A stretch of DNA of 64,000 nt from an uncultured Gammaproteobacteria bacterium (lineage in GTDB: Bacteria > Patescibacteriota > Microgenomatia > UBA8517). Below, piece after piece: positions 47,178 through 55,917 of this stretch. The notes under the pieces are model-generated. The model was not told the origin of the DNA and ran no database searches. It saw nothing but the letters and a program-made list of their open reading frames with translations. Numbering within the stretch: the stretch's first letter is position 1; each line of letters starts with the position of its first letter. The stretch covers positions 104,009-168,008 of the forward strand of contig CAZWNZ010000002.1 of the NCBI GenBank assembly GCA_964635715.1, read 5' to 3'. The translations under genes and the position numbers were made by a program.

Positions 47178-48008
47178 GTCATTTAATACATATACGTCCT
47201 GCCTGGTTTCACTCACTCCAACAAACTCCCCTTCCCCTTTTAGTATTCTTTCATAGGGTCGACAGGCGTAGCAACCGTCCTTGGAGCATTTGAAATGATT
47301 GATTTTGCGGGCTAGCTGAATTCTTTTGGCAATTTTATAAACTTTGTCGTACGATTGCCCCAAATCAGGCAATTCTTTTTTAACAATTCCGTCATCACGA
47401 TCAAGATACCAATAGGAAGCACCTGTAACTTTTTTTGTTTGAGTATTCTTGGCCAGAAGAAGATAAATAGGAAGCTGAAGCGAATCCTCTTTTTCTTCAT
47501 TTTTACCTGTTTTAAAATCAATAATTTGAACCGAATCATCCTCCTCTTCATACTTTAACCAATCGATCTTACCGCAAAGAATCAATCCTTCCTCTTCGTT
47601 AAGCCAGTAGTTTGGCAGGCCCATTTTTGATTTAATTTTAATTGCTTTTTCCAAAATTGGTCCCGGATTTTCCTGAAGATTAATAAGCATTTGAGTGGCA
47701 CGCTGCCTATATTCCATTTCTTCTTCATGATTCTTAAATCCTCCTTTTTTACCGGTAATCTTCAACCAAACAGGATCCAATTTTTTAACAAGAGATACCT
47801 TAAGACGCTCTTCTACCGGAAGTACTGCCAAAGACTCAATTACCTCATGAACTGCAGACCCTAAAGCCATTGGGGGTGTAACTATGGCCATTTTCCTACC
47901 GGTTTTGGGGTTTTTATAAACGTTCCGAAGATAGTACGCGCGCGGGCATTTTAGAAAATCGGAAATAGAAGAATGGGAAACCCAAGTCGCCGAATATTTA
48001 TCGCCCAT
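47175..48008 (-). CDS. PD-(D/E)XK nuclease (RecB/AddB/Cas4-like)
   Basis: SHSSI..FLKCPR, GSAVH, GKID, IIDFKTG and QLPIY motifs; C-terminal CSKDGCYAC (Fe-S staple). Confidence 0.88.
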   Translation of the reverse strand: MGDKYSATWVSHSSISDFLKCPRAYYLRNVYKNPKTGRKMAIVTPPMALGSAVHEVIESLAVLPVEERLKVSLVKKLDPVWLKITGKKGGFKNHEEEMEYRQRATQMLINLQENPGPILEKAIKIKSKMGLPNYWLNEEEGLILCGKIDWLKYEEEDDSVQIIDFKTGKNEEKEDSLQLPIYLLLAKNTQTKKVTGASYWYLDRDDGIVKKELPDLGQSYDKVYKIAKRIQLARKINHFKCSKDGCYACRPYERILKGEGEFVGVSETRQDVYVLND

Positions 48009-48030
48009 GTTTTATTATACAAGAAGTTGC

Positions 48031-48492
48031 CTACTCACGGACAACAACAGCACTTGTTGATGCATCCCAGCACTCAGGAATCATACTTTTAGGAAATTCT
48101 GGATATGGAGATATCTCTACACAATCGATTTGTCCGTTTCCGTCCCAAACAAGAGTCCAAAATCCATTCAAACGTGCCGCATACCAACCGCCCCCAAAAC
48201 CATCTTCGGAGACAGTTCCGTAAGCATATTCGCCGTCAATTTCCGAAACGGAAACACTCAGATCAGCCGAGCCGCTACTGTATTTCTCATCAAGTACTTC
48301 TTTAATTATTGCTGCCAAAGCATCTTCTTCCGAAAGCTGAATCTCCGGACTTTCACCGCTTTGGGCAATTTCTTCCGTATTTGTAACCGAAACTCCCTCC
48401 GGCTCCGCAAAATCAGGCAGTCCTTTGTAATAAACAGTAGCTCCTAAGAAAACTATTACGGCGGTTACAAAAACCGCGATGGCATACTTCAT
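48031..48492 (-). CDS. Exported hypothetical protein
   Basis: Signal/TM, then YAYG.V...GG.W.AA...WTLVWDGNG..C...C. Confidence 0.7.
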   Translation of the reverse strand: MKYAIAVFVTAVIVFLGATVYYKGLPDFAEPEGVSVTNTEEIAQSGESPEIQLSEEDALAAIIKEVLDEKYSSGSADLSVSVSEIDGEYAYGTVSEDGFGGGWYAARLNGFWTLVWDGNGQIDCVEISPYPEFPKSMIPECWDASTSAVVVRE

Positions 48493-49310
48493 TTCGCTTT
48501 AGTAATACCAGGTTTTTTAATAAAAAACAACAAAATTCCAAAAACAATCGCAACAATCGAAATCCACAACCAGAAAAAAACAACTTCTCTAATTATAGGT
48601 GGAGTGAAAATCACTGCAAATAGAGTTCCTATATTTGTACTCGAGGAAAATTCCTGAGATAAAATTACAGAAGCAACTTTTCCCGCACCTGCTGCCACAA
48701 GCAAAATTAAGCCAGACAGTATCGTTGAAATAGCGACTATTGTTAGACGCCTACCCCTACCGATCAATAGATACTGCAGAATAAATAATAAAATTAACAG
48801 GAAAAAAGAAACCCCTGTAAATAACCACGACCAAAATCCTAACTTTGAGATTGCCAAAATATCTGCTTCATTAATTCCGGTAATATTAAATTCATCAATA
48901 AAATCCGATAATTTTATTTGCTCGGATAAGCTATCCTGTTTGTCTGAATTCGAAACATTTTGAACATTTCTCAATGATAGAGGAATGAAAACAACAATTT
49001 CACTTGAGTTATTGTTGGCGTAAAGCAAAAGACTGGTTATATTTTTTTCAAAAAACTCCTTTAGATTTAAAGGTGAAATAAAATCCGATAATACGGTCAC
49101 GTCCGTGTCCCGGCCACCCACTGCTTCCACCTTTGATATCATTTTGTTATCAATAACTTCCGACACCTGTGAATAAACATTCGCTTTGGCAAAAGTATTT
49201 ATCCAAAAATCTGATGACATAAACTGAAATCGTAGATTAATAGACAATACAAAAAATAAAAAGACAGGAATTGTCAATATTACCAGTAAGAACTTGGATA
49301 CAAATTTCAT
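48489..49310 (-). CDS. Membrane hypothetical protein
   Basis: One N-terminal and about three C-terminal TM helices; coupled to the next gene. Confidence 0.7.
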   Translation of the reverse strand: MKFVSKFLLVILTIPVFLFFVLSINLRFQFMSSDFWINTFAKANVYSQVSEVIDNKMISKVEAVGGRDTDVTVLSDFISPLNLKEFFEKNITSLLLYANNNSSEIVVFIPLSLRNVQNVSNSDKQDSLSEQIKLSDFIDEFNITGINEADILAISKLGFWSWLFTGVSFFLLILLFILQYLLIGRGRRLTIVAISTILSGLILLVAAGAGKVASVILSQEFSSSTNIGTLFAVIFTPPIIREVVFFWLWISIVAIVFGILLFFIKKPGITKAK

Positions 49311-49338
49311 TAATATTTAGTATACAATAAAGTTGATT

Positions 49339-49363
49339 GAATCCTTCGATAAACTCAGGATTC
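49339..49363 (-). repeat. REP-like hairpin repeat, copy 2 (extended stem)
   Basis: Reverse complement GAA-TCCT-GA-GT-TT-AT-CGA-AGGA-TTC. Confidence 0.65.
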
Positions 49364-49388
49364 TTTCTAGGAAAGAAGGTGATAATTT

Positions 49389-49772
49389 ATGGCAGGATAT
49401 TACGGACATATAGAAGAAGATTCTTTAGAAAATTCATTCTTTCGCAAGGTGCTTTACACAGGTCCTCATTCACAGTTAGTGTTAATGAGTCTTAAACCCT
49501 CAGAAGAAATTGGAGAGGAAGTCCATACTGAAAACGATCAGTTTTTCAGATTTGAAAAAGGAGAAGGTAAAGTTGTGATAGGTGGAGAGGAATTTATCGT
49601 TAAAGACGGCGATGTGGTTATAATTCCGGCAGGACAAATACACAACGTTATAAATACATCCACATCAGATGCACTAAAGATGTATACGATTTATTCACCA
49701 GCACATCATCCGGACGGGACCATACACGAGACAAAAGAAGAAGCAATGAGAGCTGAAGAAGCGGAACACTAA
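49389..49772 (+). CDS. Cupin domain protein
   Basis: QLVLMSL..EEIGEEVH..DQFFRFE, IPAG..HNV and YTIYSPAHH motifs; SD-like GAAGGTGA. Confidence 0.9.
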   Translation: MAGYYGHIEEDSLENSFFRKVLYTGPHSQLVLMSLKPSEEIGEEVHTENDQFFRFEKGEGKVVIGGEEFIVKDGDVVIIPAGQIHNVINTSTSDALKMYTIYSPAHHPDGTIHETKEEAMRAEEAEH

Positions 49773-49800
49773 GCCCAGTCGTTAGCCATTTTATTGGTTA

Positions 49801-50409
49801 TTAGAACAGGCTTCCCTGAGTGTCTTCAGATTGCTTTAGTGGATAAGAAAAATCAAGTTTGATTTCGTGGAGTTCGTTCCAGAAATCAACATACTTCAAA
49901 ATCCCGTCTCTTAGTGCATAATCATAAATATCGCGTGTAATAGCAACGTCCATTTCACAATATTTTTTTAGTTTTGCCAAACTCTCTTCCGTTTTCTGAT
50001 TCCAATATTTTATTGCGTTTTCTCCGCTATCGTTTTTTGTATTTCCAAGTGTAGCCTTGGCAAGAGAATTTAGGGACATTCTTTTTCCTTCAATTTTTTT
50101 AATTTCATTTAAAATATCAAAATGCCTAAGCTTTGGCCAATGGGGTGGAAAATACGGAGAAAGGGCGGGTATATCAAAACTAACTGAATTAAAGCCGATT
50201 ATGCGATCAGCCTTTTCAAAAAGCTTGAACATCTCATTAAAATCATTTTCCCAAAATGATTGCATCTTACCTTTAATTTCTTTGAAATTATCATCAAGAG
50301 TTCTTGTATAAACAGAGGTTATTGAAACTCCCAACTTAGCGGGATCATTATCCTCCACCTCATCAAAAAACCTTTTTGTTTCAGTATCAAATATAACTTC
50401 AAATTTCAT
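49801..50409 (-). CDS. RNase H-like DEDD 3'-5' exonuclease domain protein
   Basis: FDTET, IGFNSVSFD, SLNSLA..TLG and YCEMDV motifs. Confidence 0.85.
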   Translation of the reverse strand: MKFEVIFDTETKRFFDEVEDNDPAKLGVSITSVYTRTLDDNFKEIKGKMQSFWENDFNEMFKLFEKADRIIGFNSVSFDIPALSPYFPPHWPKLRHFDILNEIKKIEGKRMSLNSLAKATLGNTKNDSGENAIKYWNQKTEESLAKLKKYCEMDVAITRDIYDYALRDGILKYVDFWNELHEIKLDFSYPLKQSEDTQGSLF

Positions 50410-50424
50410 ATTACAAATTATAAG

Positions 50425-50444
50425 TCCTGAGCGTAGTCGAAGGA
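50425..50444 (+). repeat. REP-like hairpin repeat, copy 3
   Basis: TCCT-GA-GC-GTA-GT-CGA-AGGA. Confidence 0.7.
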
Positions 50445-50561
50445 AATTACCTCAAAATAATTCATGGTAAGGATAATTCTACTACCAAGAATATGTAGAT
50501 GTTAAGTGGCTTTGCTTATTTTTTGACTTTATAAACACAAAAAACTAGAATACGGGCAATT

Positions 50562-50870
50562 ATGGAAAAATTCATGGAAATTGAACTTAACCCTCTCAAT
50601 TTATGCGCAGGTCCAAATATGTGGGCAACGGCAATACATCTTTTGAAAGACAATCCGGAAAAGGTTTTACCCGTTTACATGGAAGATCCAGAAACCGGTT
50701 ACCACCTTGGTGACTACTCTTTATGGTTTTATAAAGATGGAAGTAAACTTTTTCTTGTGGCTGAAAATTTCAGTTCTCCGGATTTTGAACAGGCATTTAG
50801 AATTGGCACTGAAGAAAAATGGCAATTGATCCAGCCGGGAATTTACAAGATTGAAGTCCTTCCACACTGA
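50562..50870 (+). CDS. Hypothetical protein
   Basis: 102-aa ORF preceded by a TTGACT-17 nt-TAGAAT promoter. Confidence 0.6.
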   Translation: MEKFMEIELNPLNLCAGPNMWATAIHLLKDNPEKVLPVYMEDPETGYHLGDYSLWFYKDGSKLFLVAENFSSPDFEQAFRIGTEEKWQLIQPGIYKIEVLPH

Positions 50871-50877
50871 CATCTTC

Positions 50878-51156
50878 TCATTTAGCTGTCTTAATTGATT
50901 GTTCTAACTCTTCCGCCTTTTTTAACACCTTATTTACCAACAGCCAACTTCCCGGATATCTTTTTTCTGCAAAACCTTTTGCTTCCTCAAAAGAAAGATT
51001 TTTACCTTCATTGCCGGGTGTATCCATAAAAACATAAGCTGCCAGAAGCATTTCCTGTTTATAGCCATCAAAGATATTTCTATCCTCAAATGAAAAATTC
51101 AGATCATTTTCCGCCATTTCAAAGTAATCTGGTTTTTTCTTTTCAGATTCAATCAT
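50878..51156 (-). CDS. Hypothetical protein
   Basis: About 92-aa ORF; ATG 51156 overlaps the TGA of the upstream pseudogene frame. Confidence 0.55.
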   Translation of the reverse strand: MIESEKKKPDYFEMAENDLNFSFEDRNIFDGYKQEMLLAAYVFMDTPGNEGKNLSFEEAKGFAEKRYPGSWLLVNKVLKKAEELEQSIKTAK

Positions 51157-51422
51157 CAAGGTAAATATAGCTTTCTTAATTCCTCTTTTGCTTTTTCCAA
51201 AATTTCTTTCCTTTCTTAAGGCAATCTCTTCCCTACTTCATTAATATAAAAATTCAACATACTCATAACGGATTGAAATGGAGTGCCTTTTCTACGCGTA
51301 GAATTTTCCGCAGAATCTTTCATACTTTTTGCAATTTTTGCCGGGTCATTCCAAGTGAACACTTCTTCCTCCAAATCCATTTTTTTACTCCCATAGGTTA
51401 ATTCCCTATGTTCGATAAACAT
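51156..51422 (-). pseudogene. DUF3175-like gene interrupted by an in-frame TAA
   Basis: MDLEEEVFTWNDPAKIAKS...RRKGTPFQSVMSMLNFYIN...LP*(51216-51218), continuing in frame as ERKEILEKAKEELRKLYLP*. Confidence 0.7.
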
Positions 51423-51443
51423 TCTGAGGCAATTATATTACAA

Positions 51444-51463
51444 TCCTGAGTCATGTCGAAGGA
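51444..51463 (+). repeat. REP-like hairpin repeat, copy 4
   Basis: TCCT-GA-GT-CAT-GT-CGA-AGGA. Confidence 0.7.
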
Positions 51464-51505
51464 CTACTAATTTTTTTCGGTCGTCGCATAATGTTTTGAA
51501 GAGAA

Positions 51506-51961
51506 TTACCCAATCTCTAATACTTTTCCTGTAAATGTTTGGTCTCCATTTTTATAAAGAAACAGATCCCCGACTTTACTTCTCAAAATTGCCTCACCTA
51601 TTGGAGAAATAGGGGAAATCAAATTAAATCCGGCTATATATACGGGGTTTTTAACCAGATATAATTCTTTTTCATTTCCCGACATTGTTATTTTTATATA
51701 ACAAACAGGTTCTATGCTTTTTGGTAACTCCAGATACATTGATTCTTTCAACTCTGCTTCTAAATTTTTAATTGCCATATGCTTTTGCATACTTAAATTT
51801 GCAGAATTTCTGGAGTGCTCCGCATCCCCCGCCGCCGAATAGGAAGAGCTAAGTCCCCCGCTTGCTTCATTGGCTGCGTTATAAGAATTACTGGCAGCAC
51901 TTCCTGATTTTTTTTCAATCTTTTTTACCTCATTTAAAAGATCTGATATTTTTTGCCTCAT
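51506..51961 (-). CDS. GreA/GreB-like protein (divergent)
   Basis: N-terminal helical hairpin; C-terminal ISPISPIGEAIL..KVGD...VLEI. Confidence 0.65.
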   Translation of the reverse strand: MRQKISDLLNEVKKIEKKSGSAASNSYNAANEASGGLSSSYSAAGDAEHSRNSANLSMQKHMAIKNLEAELKESMYLELPKSIEPVCYIKITMSGNEKELYLVKNPVYIAGFNLISPISPIGEAILRSKVGDLFLYKNGDQTFTGKVLEIG

Positions 51962-52009
51962 TTTTTGATTGTACTACAATTCGGCTTATTTGGAGTTATA
52001 ATCAAACCT

Positions 52010-52516
52010 ATGGAAGACAAATTTAAAAAGTATACGGATCACAAGACAATCATATCTGTTGGAGCATTGATTTGGAACAAAGGAAAAGTGCTTATGTTAA
52101 AAAGATCTGAGACCAAAAAAATTGATCCGGGTGTTTACTCCGGAGTTGGGGGTAAAGTTGAGCCGGGAGAAAGTGTTTACGATGCTCTCATCCGCGAAAT
52201 TGATGAGGAAACGAGAATTAAAAAATTTAAATCAATTAAAATTTATTCCATCACCCAGCACAGATCGCCTAAAACAGACTGCGAATGGATAAATTTTTAC
52301 TTTAATGTTGAAATCGAAAAACAAGTGCATATACAGGAAAGCGGGGAGGGAAAGTTCGAATGGGTAAACCCTAAAGAAATTGATAAACTGCCAGCGGTGA
52401 CCGATCAAAAAGAATATATCAAAATACTTTCCAAAAATCCCGATGCTTTCATCTTAGGATTTTTTGACAATGACAAATCCGGTCACCAAACTAAACACAC
52501 TATTCACATTTTATAG
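52010..52516 (+). CDS. NUDIX hydrolase (MutT-like)
   Basis: GGKVEPGE...IREIDEET motif; ATG 52010 lies 7 nt after TATAAT. Confidence 0.88.
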   Translation: MEDKFKKYTDHKTIISVGALIWNKGKVLMLKRSETKKIDPGVYSGVGGKVEPGESVYDALIREIDEETRIKKFKSIKIYSITQHRSPKTDCEWINFYFNVEIEKQVHIQESGEGKFEWVNPKEIDKLPAVTDQKEYIKILSKNPDAFILGFFDNDKSGHQTKHTIHIL

Positions 52517-52527
52517 ATATTGGTTTA

Positions 52528-53313
52528 TTACGGAAGAAGTTTGGACAGGAAATGTATTGAGAATACCCCGACAATAACTAAAACAACCTTGATAAAGGTA
52601 TCACGTTTATTATCGTGCTCACCCACTTCCGGCAAGAAGTCCGAAGCTCCTAAATACAGAAATACTCCCGCCGCGATAGCCAAAAGCCAGGCAATACTTC
52701 CCTCAGTTGCATTCGGAAAAAAGTAAAATACAACTAAGGCTCCCGGAATTGTTGCCAAAGCGGAAAGAAAATTGGCAATAAACGTCTTTTTTCTGCTCCA
52801 GCCCCTTGATACCAGTACTCCAAAATCCCCTATCTCATGCGGTGTTTCATGGAGAAAAGTGGAAAGGGCAAGTGTTAATCCTAATCCGGGGGATGTTAGA
52901 TAGGCCGCGGCAATAGCTACACCATCAATAAAATTGTGTATTGTATCGCCAAACAAAACTAAAGAAATCGAAGATTTTTGTAATGTTTCTGCATGTTCCT
53001 CATGATGATGAAGAGATGCAAAATATTTCTCAAAAACAAACGATCCCAAAAACGCCAAAAGAACATAAAGAAATGCTTTTTCACCCATTACCTCCGAGGC
53101 TTCAGGAACTAAATGTAAAACTGAAACGGACAGAAGCACTCCGGCAGCAAATGGAATCGCATAAAAACTTAAAGTTTTTGACCACTTATACTTAATTAAA
53201 AATATAATTCCACCAACCAAACCGGCAACGCTACCGATAAGCGATAATATAATTAAAGCAAAAACAGAATTCTGCATGGCTGTAATTTTAGCAAGAAAGA
53301 ATACGTTTTCCAA
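52528..53313 (-). CDS. ZIP family divalent metal transporter
   Basis: HLVPE, HHHEEH, GDTIHNFIDG and HETPHEIGDF motifs. Confidence 0.92.
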   Translation of the reverse strand: MENVFFLAKITAMQNSVFALIILSLIGSVAGLVGGIIFLIKYKWSKTLSFYAIPFAAGVLLSVSVLHLVPEASEVMGEKAFLYVLLAFLGSFVFEKYFASLHHHEEHAETLQKSSISLVLFGDTIHNFIDGVAIAAAYLTSPGLGLTLALSTFLHETPHEIGDFGVLVSRGWSRKKTFIANFLSALATIPGALVVFYFFPNATEGSIAWLLAIAAGVFLYLGASDFLPEVGEHDNKRDTFIKVVLVIVGVFSIHFLSKLLP

Positions 53314-53836
53314 CCCTCACACTACTAATCTGCCGTTCTAAAACTTCTTCCAGTTTTTCGTCCGGAAAAGGCAGTATTTCCTCTTTTGGCCAAAAACCAA
53401 GAATTTTTAAAAGATTAGAAACAAATTCAAGTCTCAATTTTTTTAGTTTAACCTCTTTTTTCAAACTTTCCATTGAAGTATCCAAAAGTCGATACAGTTC
53501 AAAATTTTCCCCTCCTTCATGTGTAATTTTATCTACAACTTCCATCAAGTAGTAGGCTAAAGAAATTTTTTTTACTGAACCTTTAACTTTTTTATAATCG
53601 TCGATTGTTTCCACCTCAGTCATAATTCCGATACCCTTCCCATTTACAGCTTGAAAATTGATTTTATTGAAAATTTCAAGGTGTCCTCGTTTTTTGCTTT
53701 CGACTTTCCTGACACCTTTTGCAATCAGGGAAATTTTGCCTTTGTTTTTTGTATAAATATCCAAGATTCTGTCTGCTTCGCCAAAATTTCTGCGTTTAAG
53801 AATAAACCCCTCTGATGTAAAGCTGTGCGGTATCAT
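53288..53836 (-). CDS. recO: DNA repair protein RecO (short, no Zn-finger C-terminus)
   Basis: FGEADRI..YT...GKISLIAKGVRK..SK motif. Confidence 0.92.
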   Translation of the reverse strand: MIPHSFTSEGFILKRRNFGEADRILDIYTKNKGKISLIAKGVRKVESKKRGHLEIFNKINFQAVNGKGIGIMTEVETIDDYKKVKGSVKKISLAYYLMEVVDKITHEGGENFELYRLLDTSMESLKKEVKLKKLRLEFVSNLLKILGFWPKEEILPFPDEKLEEVLERQISSVRVGKRILSC

Positions 53837-53854
53837 TAGAAGTCTTTACTATAA

Positions 53855-55897
53855 TTACAATTCTATTCTAATTTCTTTATCTGTGCTTAATTTGAATTCC
53901 TCAATTCGCTTTCCAAGATTGATTGTATATAAAAACCCATCAGTTCCTGGCTGTTTTTGGACAAGAAGATTGTATTCATCGTTAATTTTAAACGGAAGTT
54001 TATATTTAAAAGTTACTTTTGATACACCTTCAGGACGAAGCTCAAAATATCCCGCAAAAACAGTTTTATCCAATTCTTCATAAGGATCTGCTGATTCTTT
54101 GAGACCTTCGGCAGCAAGAAGTTCACTTCCTTTAGGGACATAAACTCTGACCCAAGTTGGAAGAATGGAATTAAGCCAGCCATCCTGTTTTTCAGGATTT
54201 TGATAAGTTATTGTAAGTGTCTTGGTAACGCTTCCGTCACTACCCACCTCAATATCCTGAACAACTTCTTCATAAGCATAGAGGTTGGATTTTCGCCCCC
54301 CTAGATTAGCATCATTAATGTGAAGATAGTCTTGCCCTTCCTCTGTATTGGCAATTTTCGAACTCAATCCAAAATTGGAGACAGCCGTTTGAACTTTTTC
54401 GTCAAGCATATACAGAAGAACATGTTTTTGATCCAATGAATTAAAGATAGCTTCTACAAGTCCCGGAATTTTTTCTTTGGGCTGCGCCAAAGCATTTGCC
54501 ATAATAGAATTCATTAAAGGGCCTATTATTGCTTTTCTATTATTGTAATTGGCGGGAGCCGAAATAATTTTTCCGGTCAATGGATCCCAAATAACTGCCC
54601 CTTCGACATCAGCAAAAGATTCAAGTTCATATATCACTTGAGCACAATTACATTCATCAACTATTTTTGTACTGAAATTGCCGTAACCGGGAACTCCTAT
54701 TTCGCCAATTGCATTAAGAAGATTTACCAAAAGATGTGTATCGACAGCAATTATTCCGTCTATTTCATCTATACCTGCTTTTTCAGCAGCCGGAATAAAA
54801 GTCTCCATTGCCGTTTCAAAATCAGGAGACCAATTCATATCTCTTAGCCTCCATTTGGAAGACAAGGCATAAGGCCCCTTAATATAATCAATAATAGGAT
54901 CAGGTGCTTTAATTGAAGGCGTATATTTCGCATCCAGTGTATAAATATCATCACTTGAGACAGGGGTGAATGTGGCATTATCAACTGTCATAATTGAATA
55001 CCCTGTCATAAAACCGCCCGTTGGTCTTAATTCCTTATCATTCTGGAAAATAACGAAGTAAGTTCTTGGTGAATCCATACCAAGAAGATAAGGTGCCGAC
55101 TCCAGGAAAGGTTTTGCGTTTACAATATACCCGCTCGCTTCATTAATTAAATCCTGAACACTTTCAATCTTGCTTCTGATAATTATTCCTTTAAATTCTT
55201 CAGGATACCTTTCGGCATCAATCATAGATAATTCTGTTTGAACAATTTTTACTTTTTCCGATATTATGTCGATCTGTGGGATAAGATCCGGAATCGTATT
55301 AACAATAAAATTAATTCTGTCTTGCGTAGTTTGTTCGCTGGTTTCTGCACCTAAAACATTAGTACCTCCGTTTTTAAATCCAAGCAAATCTGCATAAGGT
55401 TCGATCACCGTCAAGACAGTCTCACCCGCGTTTAATCCGGCGATTCCGGCAGATAATATATGACTCCCGTCGGAAATATATTTGCCGGCAAACGGCAAAA
55501 ATTTCTCCCAGGAAATTAATTTGTAAGTGTTATCTAGTTCAGACAGTGAAAGTTTTGTATTGCCGAGCTCGGTCTTGAGAAGAACAAGATCCTGTGAAGT
55601 AAATGTTGTGGACAATACTTTTGCGTTATCCATTAACTTCACTGCTTTTTGGTAAATTAGAAATCCTGCCACTGCATTGTAGATCAAAAACACCAGAAAG
55701 AGGGCTAGAATTCCTAAAATAATTAAAACCCAAGGCTTTTTTTTGTTTTTAGGGTTAATTATTTTCTCTTTTTTTGCCTGAGCATTATCAGAGACTACAG
55801 GAGTTTCTTTCGGAGCAGTACCGATCTTTGGCACCAAAATGGAATCACTTGCATTATCAGGCTCAATTTTCTTAATCTGTTCTGTAAGATCACCCAT
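53855..55897 (-). CDS. DUF4012 domain membrane-anchored protein
   Basis: TYFVIFQNDKELRPTGGF, RDMNWSPDF, IDGIIAVD and VRVYVPKGS motifs. Confidence 0.85.
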   Translation of the reverse strand: MGDLTEQIKKIEPDNASDSILVPKIGTAPKETPVVSDNAQAKKEKIINPKNKKKPWVLIILGILALFLVFLIYNAVAGFLIYQKAVKLMDNAKVLSTTFTSQDLVLLKTELGNTKLSLSELDNTYKLISWEKFLPFAGKYISDGSHILSAGIAGLNAGETVLTVIEPYADLLGFKNGGTNVLGAETSEQTTQDRINFIVNTIPDLIPQIDIISEKVKIVQTELSMIDAERYPEEFKGIIIRSKIESVQDLINEASGYIVNAKPFLESAPYLLGMDSPRTYFVIFQNDKELRPTGGFMTGYSIMTVDNATFTPVSSDDIYTLDAKYTPSIKAPDPIIDYIKGPYALSSKWRLRDMNWSPDFETAMETFIPAAEKAGIDEIDGIIAVDTHLLVNLLNAIGEIGVPGYGNFSTKIVDECNCAQVIYELESFADVEGAVIWDPLTGKIISAPANYNNRKAIIGPLMNSIMANALAQPKEKIPGLVEAIFNSLDQKHVLLYMLDEKVQTAVSNFGLSSKIANTEEGQDYLHINDANLGGRKSNLYAYEEVVQDIEVGSDGSVTKTLTITYQNPEKQDGWLNSILPTWVRVYVPKGSELLAAEGLKESADPYEELDKTVFAGYFELRPEGVSKVTFKYKLPFKINDEYNLLVQKQPGTDGFLYTINLGKRIEEFKLSTDKEIRIEL

Positions 55898-55917
55898 GAG
55901 TTAATAATACACTATTT

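Noticed and set aside
47175-48008. Nuclease as Cas4 of a CRISPR system
   Set aside because: No cas1, cas2 or array nearby; it fits a solo PD-(D/E)XK protein.
50474-50500. TAATTCTACTACCAAGAATATGTAGAT resembles the 3' end of a Cas12a repeat
   Set aside because: Single copy, loop much longer than in Cas12a repeats, no spacers and no cas genes; likely chance in AT-rich DNA.
51216-51218. Stop-codon reassignment
   Set aside because: TAA, TAG and TGA all end conserved genes normally in this window; a single internal TAA is better explained by mutation or error.
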